Assembly: GCF_006345805.1 (NCBI RefSeq)
Contig: NC_043005.1
Coordinates: 31,124,001-31,188,000 of the forward strand
DNA: 64,000 nt
Direction: 5' to 3'
DNA from: Octopus sinensis
Taxonomy: Eukaryota
The notes under the pieces were generated by a model. It was not told the DNA's origin. It did no database searches and saw only the letters and a list, made by a program, of their open reading frames with translations. Of this stretch, positions 1 through 12,480 are shown one piece after another. The position numbers were made by a program, and so were the translations under genes. Within the stretch, counting starts at the first letter, position 1. Each line of letters starts with the position of its first letter.

Positions 1-91
1 TAAGAGCATTACAGCAAACCACAGCACATACTCAAGGCACACAGAGCTGCGCTCGGTAGTGAAATGAAAGTACGTTCTAAAAATAAAACTA

Positions 92-137
<46 letters not shown>

Positions 138-155
138 TAATAATAATAATAATAA
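1..155 (+). mobile_element. 3' UTR and (AAT)n tail of an R4/Dong-type element (same family as 52285-54926)
   Basis: 1-94 aligns with 54809-54902 (cacagcacatac..caaggcacacagagctg..ataaaactactg), followed by (AAT)n. Confidence 0.85.
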
Positions 156-159
156 GTTT

Positions 160-785
160 ATCATAGCAGCTCAAGATCAATGCTTACCTACCTACAAGGA
201 ACTACCAGGCCAACATATTAAAGAACGGCAGTAGCCCAACATGTCGTGTATGTCAACAACAAAATGAAACTATTGATCATGTCTCCAAGTGCAGTCTTCT
301 TGCGCCTACAGAGCATCTCAACAGGCATGATAGAGCTGCACAATATATTTACTGGGTAATTTGCAAAAGCCTGGACTTGCCCCATGAGAAAAACTGGTGG
401 GAACACAAACCACCTCCAGTGCTTGAAAATGATCACATCTCACTCCTCTGGAACTTCACCATTCAAATTGACAGAAAGATAGATGCGAATAGGCCAGAAA
501 TCATATTGAAAGACTGCAGACAAAAATCATGCCTCCTCATTGATATGACTGTCTCAAACAATATAAACGTATCTGTCAAGACCTACCAAAAATCTGAGCA
601 AATATAAAGATCTGGAAAGAGTAATTAGCAAAATGTGGAACCTGAAGACTAAAACGATACCTGTTGTCATAGGTGCCCTGGGAATGATAGCAAAAGGGGC
701 TGATTGCTACCTAGCTCAGATATCAGGAAACCCCAAAATGACAGAAATTCAAAAGATAGTGCTTATGGGAACTGCTCATATTACC
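160..785 (+). mobile_element. 5'-truncated, decayed R4/Dong RLE-endonuclease fragment (divergent subfamily)
   Basis: LLWNFTIQIDRKIDANRPEIILKD..LLIDMTV and KMWNLKTKTIPVVIGALG are homologous to the 53990-54805 ORF; stops and frameshifts present. Confidence 0.8.
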
Positions 786-1901
786 ATATTGTATATAAAT
801 AGTGGAGGTTAATGGTTAGAACGCATGACGCGTTGGTTAGATTCTTGCAGCGGTCATGATGCTGTGTCATTTAACAAGGTACTTCATTTCAGGTTGCTCC
901 TTTCTACGCAGAGAAAAATGGGTACTATCTTAGTGTTAGTGCATTCTTCCACTTGGGATTAAGGTATGTGTGTCTCTGTGCAACAACATAGGCTCTAAAG
1001 TATTTAGCGAAAACATAGTCAACAAGGTCACACAGGCTTACGAATGTCGGCTATAGTTGTTTACATGAGTGTATGTGTAGGTGTGTTAATATATTAACAG
1101 AAAAAAATTGCTTTCTAATGTAATGTGGAGATTAAGTACAATTTAATCTCACCTGCTAGGTAGCAAAATTTGATAGATGTTTGCAGAAGTGGAACTAATT
1201 AGCAAGAATATCTGCTGCCAATATTGACAACACATCTGTTTTTCTATGAAAATATTATTTCTACTCACTATATGAATAGTGGCCATAATTTGACAGACGA
1301 CTATTTTCTATTGCTTTCTCTCCCCATCTTTCTCGCTCTCTTTCTCTTTCTGTCTTTCATTGGCGCCTTCTTTGTGGGTTCTATTTTGTCTTGATTTTTC
1401 TTTTTTCTATCTTTTCTCCTTCCTTTTTTTTGGTAGCTATATCTACAAATATACAAGCATATATACACACACATGTACACACACGTACACGTATGTATAT
1501 AGATAAACACATGCGCAAACACATGTATGTACACACACACACATACATATATACATATATATAAATAAACACTGTCAATAAGCCAATTATTGCGAAATTT
1601 GTTCTGAGAAATATCTCTTACGGACGTGTTGTGTTAGGAACACTATAATAATCAGAAGGAAATGGAAATTTGTCTCAACAGAGGCCGGTAACAACACCAG
1701 ATTGAAAAGGCACAAGACCGGAAGGCATCTAATACTCTCGCCGATGAGACGGATTTTCGTCTCCTTCTGATAATAATAGTGTTTTTAACATATCATGTCC
1801 AAAAGATATTGTTTCTCAGAACGAACACCGCTGAACCTGGCATATAGACAGTATTTATGCATTAATTATGATAGAGGGTTACTTTAATTTAAATACACAC
1901 A

Positions 1902-1960
<59 letters not shown>

Positions 1961-2337
1961 GGGGAAAGTAGGAAGAAAAATAAGCGAAAATGCACATTGG
2001 AAATAAAAAATGAAAGGCTTTTTATGAAAAGTAACGATAGATATATATAATTAGATGAACTCAGGTAGGAATAAAAGTAATAAAAGTCATTATTGGGAAT
2101 TGCTAAGGAGATTCAAAAGCATACCGGTTTCGGGAATTTACTAATCATTGCTTTGAATGCACACTGATATTAGTCCCTGAGTAAAAAATTATATATATAC
2201 TTATAGTTGTAAGTACATATACGTATGTGTATATATATAACGGGAAGCTTTATGAAAATAAACAAAAGACGAAGGCAGGTGGAAAACAAACGAACAATTG
2301 TATTAGTATGGCGCTCAGGAAATATAAATAAGACAAG

Positions 2338-2375
2338 TCTTTAACGTTTCGAGCCTACGCTCTTCAACAGAAAGA
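2338..2375 (-). ncRNA. Minimal type I hammerhead-like motif, family A (A6U core variant)
   Basis: TCTTT-CTGTTGA-A-GAGC(GTAG)GCTC-GAAA-CG-TT-AAAGA: 5-bp stem I, 4-bp stem II, palindromic ACGT stem III. Confidence 0.55.
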
Positions 2376-2952
2376 TACACAGAGAGAGAAAAACACAGAA
2401 AGAAGGAGAGAAAAAAAATGCGTGCAGTAGCTAACGAATCAACATGGCGATCTGATTTCGGCCAGAGGTCAAAGATCAAACATGAGACGCGAGAGCGAAA
2501 TAAGGGGAGATAATAGGGTTGATAAAAGGGTTGAGGGACCAGCTAAAAGTGCGTGGGAGGGGTCTGGATGTGTGTATGTATAGGGTTGGTGTATGTATTA
2601 GTATGTATAAGGGTGTGTGTGTGTGTGTGTGTGTGTGTATGAGAGAGTATTAGTGCGTAAGATTGGTCTGGACGTGCGTATGTATGGGGTTGGTGTATGT
2701 ATTAGTATGTATTAGTATGTATTAGTACGTATTGGTATGTATAGGTGTGTGTGTGTGTGTGTGTGAGAGAGTATAAGTGCGTATGCGGGGTCTGGACGTG
2801 TGTATGTATAGGGTTGGTGTAAGTATTAGTATGTACTAGTATGTATTAGTACGTATTAGTATGTATTAGTTGGTGTGTGTATTAGTATGGCACATCATAT
2901 GTGATGTGATGTGTAAAGTCATGTGATATATATATATATATATATATGTATG

Positions 2953-2985
<33 letters not shown>

Positions 2986-2992
2986 GTATGTG

Positions 2993-3023
<31 letters not shown>

Positions 3024-3054
3024 GTATGTGTATATATGTATGTGTATATATATG

Positions 3055-3107
<53 letters not shown>

Positions 3108-3329
3108 GGAGGCGCAATGGTCCAGTGGTTAGGGCAGCGGACTCGTGGTCGTAGGATCGCGGTTTCGATTCCCAGACCGGGCGTTGCGAGTGTTTATTGA
3201 GCGAAAACACCTACAAGCTCCACGAGTCTCCGGCAGGGGTTGGTGATCCCTGCGGTACTCTTTCACCCACTCTTTCTTCTGTTGGCCTGCTCGCTTAGCC
3301 AGCGGGGTGGCGTTATTCGAAGGCTAAAA
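3108..3329 (+). mobile_element. tRNA-derived SINE, 3'-truncated
   Basis: GGAGGCGCAATGGTCCAGTGGTTAGG (A box) and GGTTTCGATTCC (B box) head followed by unique body. Confidence 0.7.
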
Positions 3330-4078
3330 TAATTTATATTATTATATGATTGAATGCAACGCATCCTCTTCCAAGTAAGTTTTATCTTAATAATTCTGAT
3401 GCGCACTCTATACGATCTTTTTATTCTCTCGTTTTCTTCTCTTTCTCTCTTCTTCTTTTACCCCCTCTTCTCCCACTATTCTATCCTATTACTCTGTCGC
3501 TCTCTCTCCCTCACTCCTTCTTTGCTCACGTGGCTCCCACATGACCATCGGCCATCTTTTTTCTCTCCGTTGTAACTGGAACAAGAAAGGCGTGTTCTTG
3601 TTTGTCTCCTGTTCTAGTTTGATTCAGGCGTTCGCCACCACAACCTCGTTTAGTCTCAGCAGCTCTTCCTCTTTGTTTTCAGTGTCCTGTTTGCGTTACC
3701 TATTTTGACCCTCCGCAAAATCCCAAATTCTTTTCAATTTGCTTTGCGGGAGCAACTGTTTAATCGAAAGCGTATATTGTTGTTAAATGCTTGAAATACG
3801 AGACTAGAAAAACAGCCAACAGCTGATGAAGGGTCGTTCTTTATGTTTGCTTTGTTTTCCGTTTGTGTCTTTCGTTATTCGAAAGAATAGTTCATGTTCC
3901 GTGTACTCGTGCTTCGTACTCTTTTGTTGTACACATTTCATGACGTCCTGTGCTCACATATGCATATATATATATATATAACGGGAAGCTTTATGAAAAT
4001 AAACAAAAGACGAAGGCAGGTGGAAGACAAACGAACAATTGTATTAGTATGGCGCTCAGGAAATATAAATAAAACAAG

Positions 4079-4116
4079 TCTTTAACGTTTCAAGCCTACG
4101 CTCTTCAACAGAAAGA
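4079..4116 (-). ncRNA. Second copy of the family A hammerhead-like motif
   Basis: Same as 2338-2375 except C11.1 to U (G.U pair at the base of stem II). Confidence 0.5.
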
Positions 4117-4351
4117 TACACAGAGAGAGAAAAACACAGAAAGAAGGAGAGAAAAAAAATGCGTGCAGTAGCTAACGAATCAACATGGCGATCTGATTTC
4201 GGCCAGAGGTCAAAGATCAAACATGAGACGCGAGAGCGAAATAAGGGGAGATAATAGGGTTGATAAAAGGGTTGAGTGACCAGCTAAAAGTGCGTGGGAG
4301 GGGTCTGGATGTGTGTATGTATAGGGTTGGTGTATGTATTAGTATGTATAC

Positions 4352-4392
<41 letters not shown>

Positions 4393-4620
4393 AGAGAGTA
4401 TTAGTGCGTAAGATTGGTCTGGACGTGCGTATGTATGGGGTTGGTGTATGTATTAGTATGTATTAGTATGTATTAGTACGTATTGGTATGTATAGGTGTG
4501 TGTGTGTGTGTGTGAGAGAGAGTATAAGTGCGTATGCGGGGTCTGGACGTGTGTATGTATAGGGTTGGTGTAAGTATTAGTATGTACTAGTATGTATTAG
4601 TACATATACGTATGTATATA

Positions 4621-4651
<31 letters not shown>

Positions 4652-4917
4652 GACCCTATTATTTCCTCTGCTACTGTCTAGATTATAGTAGGCTTAACAA
4701 GGTATGCATTATTTTCTAAACTCATTCTGTCACAGATATAATAAGAATAATTTAAATATTTTGGTTTCCATTATTTATGTAAGTTTATTAAAAATGTTTT
4801 ATCCTTTATGATTGAAGTCTATGCGTAATTGATGTAATGTTTTCATTAATCAATCAAATGGATCCGGTTAAAACGGCTGTAATGGATTGACATCTAAACA
4901 TAAATCACAATTATAAC

Positions 4918-5082
4918 AGAGAGGGTTGAAAAAAAACCTTGTATGTCTAGAAATAGCAGTCAAAACCACTACAAAGTCGCTATAAGCACTCATATTCTAT
5001 CTCTTCATAATGAAGCTATCGGCGGGTGACGTAATGGATGTGACTGCTATTTCTAGACGTGCAAAGGTTTTTGTAACTCTCT
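4918..5082. mobile_element. Short imperfect fold-back/MITE-like element
   Basis: About 45-bp imperfect inverted ends (TCTAGAAATAGCAGTCA / TGACTGCTATTTCTAGA). The right arm plus about 140 bp is directly repeated at about 5588-5760. Confidence 0.5.
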
Positions 5083-5422
5083 CCGTAATGATTGTGATTT
5101 ATTTATAATTATACACATTTCTTTTATGAAATTTATGATTATATGTTCGGTCATTGATATATTCATAAATAATTATGAATTATTTATGATATATCCATCT
5201 TAATGTATTTTTACATTACTCTTTAACTATTTAACCTTTTCACTCATTATCCAGTGAATCGCCGTGGCTCGATTTACCGTTCTTTTCTTAAAAACGCTGT
5301 GCACGATTGGAATTCAGAAATTTGAATGTGTAGATAGAGTTTGACACATTATTCTTGCTGGTCGGGACACATGTAAGCCTCAAGGTAGATTTTTTTGTGT
5401 GTCTATTTGTATCTACAGTAAT

Positions 5423-5483
5423 ATTCTCCTGAAGAGAAGAATGGAACTTTAAGGTTCCCAACTTCGAAATTGCTCTAAAGAAT
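5423..5483 (+). ncRNA. Degenerate type I hammerhead-like motif, family B
   Basis: CTGAAGA-GAAG-aat-GGAAC(TTTAAG)GTTCC-caa-CTTC-GAAA-TTGCTC-TA-AAGAAT. Core and stem II are perfect, stem I has a first-pair mismatch, stem III is weak. Confidence 0.45.
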
Positions 5484-5750
5484 TTACCTTTTATTTTTAA
5501 GCTTTGAATTTTATGTCATGTCGCCCGCGACAGCTTTATTTTGGAGAGATAGAATATGAATATAGTGGCCTTAAGGTGGTTTTGTTTTGACTGCTATTTG
5601 TAGACATGCAAGGGTTTATAATTGCGATTTATTCATAATTATATACATTTCTTTTATGAAATTTATGATTATATGTTGGCCATTGATATATTCGTAAATA
5701 ATTATGAATTGTTTCTGACATATCCTTTGTAATGTATTTTTACAGTACTC

Positions 5751-5847
<97 letters not shown>

Positions 5848-7201
5848 TTTGTATATAGTAAGTGATTTCCCCAAAGCAAATACTTACATAATAATTAATG
5901 TAATATTACATTGTGTGTTATGTTAATATAATTTGCTCTCCGGTATTCAAAATAAGTTATTCAGCAGTTAACATATAAAATCCAATAAAGTTCTAATAAG
6001 ATAAGAAATTAGGAGGTATATTCCGTTGGATGATTTTGAATATATTTCCTTATCCATATAGGTTTCTTGGAGCATAAATATCAACAATATTAATAATAAA
6101 GATTACTACAAAGTTGCTTATCATTACATTTAATTCTTTAATTCATATACAGCATTACATAGGCCAACGAAGGTTTCAACTGCACCGATTAGTAACCGTT
6201 GTAATTGCAGCTCTGCTATAAAATCAGTGCGTTTTTTTTCTGGGTCTTTACTTGATGTCCTTTGATTTGACTGTTTAACGATTTTCTTTTATATACTCTG
6301 CGTTGTATGATGCAGAGCTGTCCGTTAAGTTAGACGCGAACCATCTCCATTTCAAGTTTTGATTGGATAATCACTTATAGCCCATTATTTCAACCCATTC
6401 TGTTGCTTAAATGTTTATTATTCATTTATACTAGGCAAATGCGAATTTCCTCATGTGCAAGCATCTCAAAACTTGTTCCCGTCTGTATTGGTTTTGCAGT
6501 ACACAAAAAATCTCAATTGGTAGTGTAGTCTTTGTTTTTGTCCTTAATAGACTAGATTAATTTACTAAGACTTGTTTGGAATCTTTTATTTTTATCTCTA
6601 AACGACGTCCAATGATTTGCCAGTCTCCTCTTGAAAATTAATGATGTCCTCCAGATGTAAAAGTATTCATTACCCCCAGCTGTAACTTTACATATACATA
6701 TTACATTTTTGGTCTTACACTTATTTTTCACATAACAAGAATCCCGCTTAGAACAAAGATAATTTTTTATATTTATCTCAGATTTAGTTTTAATTTGATC
6801 ATTAATGGTAGAATCAAATGCATTTCCACCAAGTTCTTTATTACTAATTACTCCGTTAGATAACGTTATCTTTGTTCTAATTCTAGCTGAACTTTTATTC
6901 GATTTGACGTTATTTTAACTATGTTAAATTCTGTATAGTTCTAAAAATCTTTGACTCTCTCTGCGATGCAGATTTTACAACGGCTACTTCCATTAATATA
7001 TGAGCCCGGATGATATATTAATTTCCACCTGATATCACGTGGTGTCTCTTGATCATTGAGATGCCACACATGGAAATTTAAATTTATTTTCTAATAATTA
7101 CTGTTCTATTCTTTAGAGTGTGCTTCTCTTCTGATAGAAAGCCACGAATGAAGCGTTTTTTTGCCTGTCCTTCTAATTGTTGTTTCTCTTGCGTTTTTGT
7201 T

Positions 7202-7237
<36 letters not shown>

Positions 7238-8221
7238 CGGCGTATGTACACCTTTGTTCTCACCTTATAGTAGGTATGTATCTAAATTTTGTACGACACT
7301 TACTCTATCTTTTATTCCCCCTCTCATTTTCTTCCTTTTTCTCGCTCTCCCTTTCTCATATTTCCTGGCCTTCTCTTTCTTTAACTCACACTATTTCCCA
7401 CTCGTTTATCTCCCTTGTACCTTTATCTTTGTCTCTGATTTTTTTCTCATCCTTCAATCCCGCTGCCCCCTACCCATCTCTCCTCCTTCCACGTGACCGA
7501 TGTCCGGCCAGCCATGATCTTTCTTTCATGGCCTGGCTGCCGACCGCCAACACCTCTTATGTCTATCCCCTATGTTCCTACTTTTTGGCTTTCACTTCAT
7601 ACACACCAGCTCAATTTGATTCGTTCTCAGTCGAAAATTGTGTACTATGTTCTCCGTTTTTTTGTTTGCTTGTTTTTTGTTTTTGTTGCCGCACACATTC
7701 GCTAGCTTTCTTGCAAAGGGGTCTAATGCTCTTAGCTTAGACTTTTTTTTAGGAGTAACCAGATCGAACCATCTCAAATGTAACTGCCCAAAATGGTTGT
7801 GACTTCTGGAACTTGACTGAGGAAAGAAAGCCACGAATGACCCGGCTTTCGTTTGCCTGTTCTTCTAATTGTTGTTTCTCTTGTCCGCCTTTGTGTCGTC
7901 TATCTGTCCAAATGTTTAATGTCCTCTACTGCGTCGTTTTTTTGTTCCATATATATATATATGTATATTTATTTATGGAAAAAAGTCAAGGTAGTAAATG
8001 CTAAAATTATTTTATAAAAAACATTTCAGTACCGGTTTTAGTCATTGAGACTTCTTCAACTGAAAGCATAGAAAACAAATAAATTTTGGAAAAATTAAAT
8101 GAAAAGTTTTTTAAAAGAATATTTGTGTAGTAATCAAATACAAGGGGCATTTTCTTTGTTTCTGCCTGTCTCTGTCTCTCTCGCTTACTCTTGTGGGTTC
8201 GAGGTCGTATATATAATATAT

Positions 8222-8272
<51 letters not shown>

Positions 8273-8327
8273 GGAGATGTACTCGCATAGCAAGTAATTT
8301 GATCTGAGATCGTGTGCTGAAACGAAA

Positions 8328-8601
8328 ACAATTGCAGCGTGGAAGGTGTTTATAAGCCATTTAAGAAACACACAAAAGCCGTTCGATTCACTTCAACATT
8401 TAAGTTTAATTTGTCAAAATATTTTCGTCGCTAAAATCCGCGACCTGTTCACTGACAAAGTCCGTGCAGCACGGACTTGTCATGAACAGGTCGCGGATTT
8501 TAGCGACGAAAATATTTTGACAAATTAAACTTAAATGTTGAAGTGAATCGAACGGCTTTTGTGTGTTTCTTAAATGGCTTATAAACACCTTCCACGCTGC
8601 A

Positions 8602-8606
<5 letters not shown>
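8328..8606. repeat. 279-bp near-perfect palindrome (head-to-head dimer of a 140-bp hammerhead-bearing unit)
   Basis: Arms 8328-8467 and 8469-8606 around a single A at 8468. The right arm lacks 2 nt. A solo arm occurs at 60356-60496. Confidence 0.9.
8410..8459 (-). ncRNA. Type I hammerhead-like motif, family D (G3-C8 swapped core)
   Basis: TTTGTCA-GTGAACA-G-GTCGC(GGATTTTA)GCGAC-GAAA-ATAT-TT-TGACAAA. The opposite-arm copy (8477-8524, +) has lost G3. Confidence 0.65.
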
Positions 8607-8669
<63 letters not shown>

Positions 8670-8670
<1 letters not shown>

Positions 8671-8825
8671 ATAATTTAATAAATAAAATATATGCATACA
8701 TACATATATATACGTACCTACATCTACATGTATATATACATGCATCGTTGTTAAAAAAGTCCGTTTCCTAGTTGTTTTATGCTTTCGTTTCTCGTGATCT
8801 ACGTTTATTTGTGGTGTCCTGTATT

Positions 8826-8871
<46 letters not shown>

Positions 8872-9647
8872 ATGCATGTATATATACATGTAGATGTATG
8901 TACGTACATATATGTATGTATGCATATATTTTATTTATTAAATTATTGTATGACTGAGCGCCATCGCGTCGTTTCGTTTCTTTTCTCCAAGTAAGTTTTT
9001 ATATATACTTAAGACGCGAACTCTGTAATCCTTTCCTTCCTTCCTATCTGTCTTCCTCTTTGCCTGTCTCTTCCTTCTTATTTTTCACCCTTTCTGGTTT
9101 CCTTTCCGCTCTATCTCTCTCTATCTCTCTCTCTCTCACCCCTCCTCATCTCTCTCACTGCCTAGTCGACTACCTACCTCTTTTCACTGGCAGCTTTCTA
9201 CAAGCCAATATGGCTTTTTTTGCGCTCTGAATTTATCCATCGTCTAGGCTTAAAAAACAGCCTTTAATGTTTTTTTTTGTCCTGTTTTTATTCTTTATGT
9301 GTACTGTATTTTTTTGTATTTGTATTTTTATTTTGTATTTGTAATTGTATTTTATGTGTATTGCTTTTACGTCCTGTTCTTGTCACATTTTTTTCTTTCC
9401 TCGTTTTTAGCCCTCTGCAAAGGAATTTTATTTTAATTCTTTCGCAGGAAGGATTGGGTCGACGGGTCGTGTTCTGTCTTTACCCTCGAAACACGCATTG
9501 AGTCGATCCAGGGACAGCTGATGAAGGGGAATATTCCTTGTATTGTTTGTCTTGTACTCTGTTTTTTCGTTGTTAAAAAAGTCCGTTTCCTAGTTGTTTT
9601 ATGCTTTCGTTTCTCGTTGTGTTCTACGTTTATTTGTGGTGTCCTGT

Positions 9648-9695
<48 letters not shown>

Positions 9696-9701
9696 ACAGA
9701 G

Positions 9702-9737
<36 letters not shown>

Positions 9738-9856
9738 GCATGTATATATACATGTAGATGTAGGTACGTACATATATGTATGTATGTACGCATATATTTT
9801 ATTTATTAAATTATTGTATGACTGAGCGTTTCGTTTCTTTTCTCCAAGTAAGTTTA
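8670..9856 (+). mobile_element. PLE-type partial-tandem repeat with inverted 5' piece
   Basis: 8747-9000 directly repeated at about 9567-9853; 8670-8746 is an inverted copy of about 8872-8946. Contains CCCTCGAAAC and CAGCTGATGAAGGG motifs. Confidence 0.55.
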
Positions 9857-10240
9857 TATATATATATATGGGTATTCAGTACAGATTCCAAATCATAATT
9901 TAAAACACACAACGAAATAAATATATACATATAAATTTATAAATCAGTGAACAAAATTACATGGAAAAGTCATATGTGAAAACTATGCATTGTGTACGTT
10001 GGGTTCAGGTACCGAATGGAGGAGTGCCAAATACAGAGATAAAAATTTGAGGTAAGGGCCTCCAAAAGGAACAACTCGAATCGATTAAGAATTTAATGTT
10101 TATACGAAATGTCGGATGAAAGTTCAAAATTTAAAAATTCAGAGGTAAATAGGTTGATAAATAGGTAGATGAATAAATATATACAGATTCGAGTGAATTC
10201 GGGTATAGAATATCATCTACGGCCATTTCAAGGGTACAGT

Positions 10241-10373
10241 AAATGTATAAATGGCGTTTTAAATATTCTATCAAATTATTACCATGTAGGATTTCATCAC
10301 GAAGGAAACCATCCTGATGAAAGGGGCATTATGTTTCTATATTTGGAATATTTAAAACGCCATTTATACATTT
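10241..10373. repeat. Hairpin with perfect 28-bp arms
   Basis: AAATGTATAAATGGCGTTTTAAATATTC (10241-10268) and its exact reverse complement (10346-10373), with an inner TTTCATCA/TGATGAAA pair. Confidence 0.85.
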
Positions 10374-10589
10374 TGTTGGTGTTTCGTCTTTACTTAATTC
10401 GTCCGTTGCTTCTCTTGAACTGTATTACTGTATTACGATAGATAAAAAAATACACTGTAAAAGTGTTATAACAATACAAAATAAAAACAGCGGCAGTCAC
10501 AAACACGCAACTAACCAACAATCAATATTTCCAACACACTTACTCGAACTGTAAACTGTACTTGGACTTCGAAGACCCAACTACGATGA

Positions 10590-12480
10590 TTTTATCAAAG
10601 CCACAAGGGTTAAACAAAGAAGGGACACTACAAGAAACAAATGAGGTCGGGGATTTATCGAATGATATTAACATGAATAAATATATTATAAATTCGGATG
10701 AGAAATGAGAAACAAAAATGAATGGAAGCGGAATGGGTTTGATCCCACCAACCACATTCCTGCGTTGCACCGTTTTGTCCTTTTTTTTTACTCCGCTTAA
10801 TTTGGCACTTCCCAGCCCAATATTCGGGCTACTTTCTTTCATCTTCTCCCGCACATTTTTGCCATCAGGCATTTCTTCTCCAGACATGTTTTCCCTCTTA
10901 GTTGATATAAAAAGAGGTTCACTAAAGCATGTCCGGAGACGTAGGTACCTGATGCGATACCTCTTCCAAGCGTCTCCCATATCACTTCTTTCGCTATAGC
11001 TGTTACGGCCAGAAAACAAAATTTCTCTTCTCCTTTTAGAGGAGACAGCGGAACGATCTTAATAATCGATTCAGATGACAGCTGAACTCTCCCAAGCTGT
11101 GATAATACCCATTCGGACACTACGATTGTTTCGTTGCTCTGCCCGCAACCTGGGTACGTAGGCGAAACGGTGACGCCGTGCCTCGTGAGTTTATCCCAAA
11201 CTGGCAAGCGACTTCGGAAGCACAGCCAAGCCAGGGACCTCTGGAAGTTGTCCTTGGGAACCGGGTCAAAAATCCGTCGATGCAGGTTGCAAGCTGATTT
11301 TCATAGAAACTTAGAGTTTCCCCCAGGCTGTCATCACACTTGCCCTCTACCAGCCCTCTATAGTACATTGAGGTGGTACTCATTCGCGAGAGAACCACAA
11401 GCGCTTGTCGACACTTTGCTTGCCAAGCTCCCAGCCTTGGTTACGCCTGATCGAGATTTTCAGTTCACCAAAAGAGGTGAACCTGGGAAATATCTTGTCA
11501 ACGAATGGCGACCACACTCACTCACCATCAAGGTAGAGTCAGCGAATGCCCGCGCATCTTTAGCCACGGCATCCCTAACCCACCCTTTAGCCTCTCTTCG
11601 TAGCTAACTCCCTACTAAATATAATTGACTCTTTTTTATGACTCTTTTGAGGGCATACCACCATTTGTCGTTAATAATGGTCCCTGTCAATGCCATCATC
11701 ACTAACTGTCTAATCCGACTCCTGTAGGCATCACAGGTCAGTAGCGACTTACTTAGCTTCCAGTAGCCGGATCCCTGTCTAGTCATGCTCTCTACATCCA
11801 GCTGTAGCTGACAATGGTTAACTGTGGACGACTAGCTATATTCTTGTCTTAACTCTTCATTAATATTCTGTCTAGGTATTATCTAGATGACCCATATTTA
11901 CTTGACGACGTCCACTGTGAAATGTCCGGGTTATCTAGAATGTATTGATCTGCCTGCTGAAAACGTCTGAGCAAATCGTTGAGGCAGGAGCCTACATTCC
12001 TAAAACGATTCGGGCCAGCGTAATCTACGCGTTCATTGCAGATTGTGTTGAAGTTACCTAACACCACTAACATGTGTGATATAGCCAGAAAGTTTTCCAG
12101 GTTCTTGAAGAAGTCAGGCTGCCCTATCCCCACCGGGGCATAGATCACCACCAAACTGAAATCCTTACCACAACTGAGTGTCACATCTTGGACGACCAGC
12201 CTGCCTTCCGGATCAACAAAGATTGTTCTAGTTTGAGCACCTTCCTGACCCCCCCTCGCATCTACCGGTTGACATGGAGAAATGACGTTCTCGTAGTCGT
12301 TAAGGAGCGGCGCAAGGTCCTGCAGTCCTCTCTGTCTGGCCTCAGTAAGAGCTATTACATCTAACCGATGTGAACTGAGATCGTCTACGAGGCAAGATTG
12401 CTCCCAATCCAATCTCAGGCAATGCACATATATACATCCTAAATTAAGCGAGTACAAAATTGGTACTTACTGTTTTTTTT
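10590..12480 (-). mobile_element. L1/Tx1-clade LINE relic: APE endonuclease, linker and C-terminal zinc knuckle, RT missing
   Basis: DVIALTE, VVIYAP, VVLGNFN (APE); GSGYWKLSKSLL (L1/Tx1 linker); PTYPGCGQSNETI (zf-RVT-like). No RT motifs recognised between them. Confidence 0.7.

Larger units (their letters stand above)
2229..4598 (-). mobile_element. Composite PLE-type insertion with about 610-bp direct terminal repeats (2241-2852, 3982-4603)
   Basis: Near-identical repeats ending at (TA)n, each with a hammerhead-like motif. AGTACATATACGTATGT flanks both ends (2212-2228, 4599-4615) as a likely TSD. Confidence 0.65.

Noticed and set aside
1735-1770. CCGATGAGACG..CGTCTC hammerhead-like hairpin
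   Set aside because: No GAAA, stem III or stem I.
7815-7860. CTGAGGA followed by a 7-bp stem
   Set aside because: Followed by GTTT instead of GAAA; no stem I.
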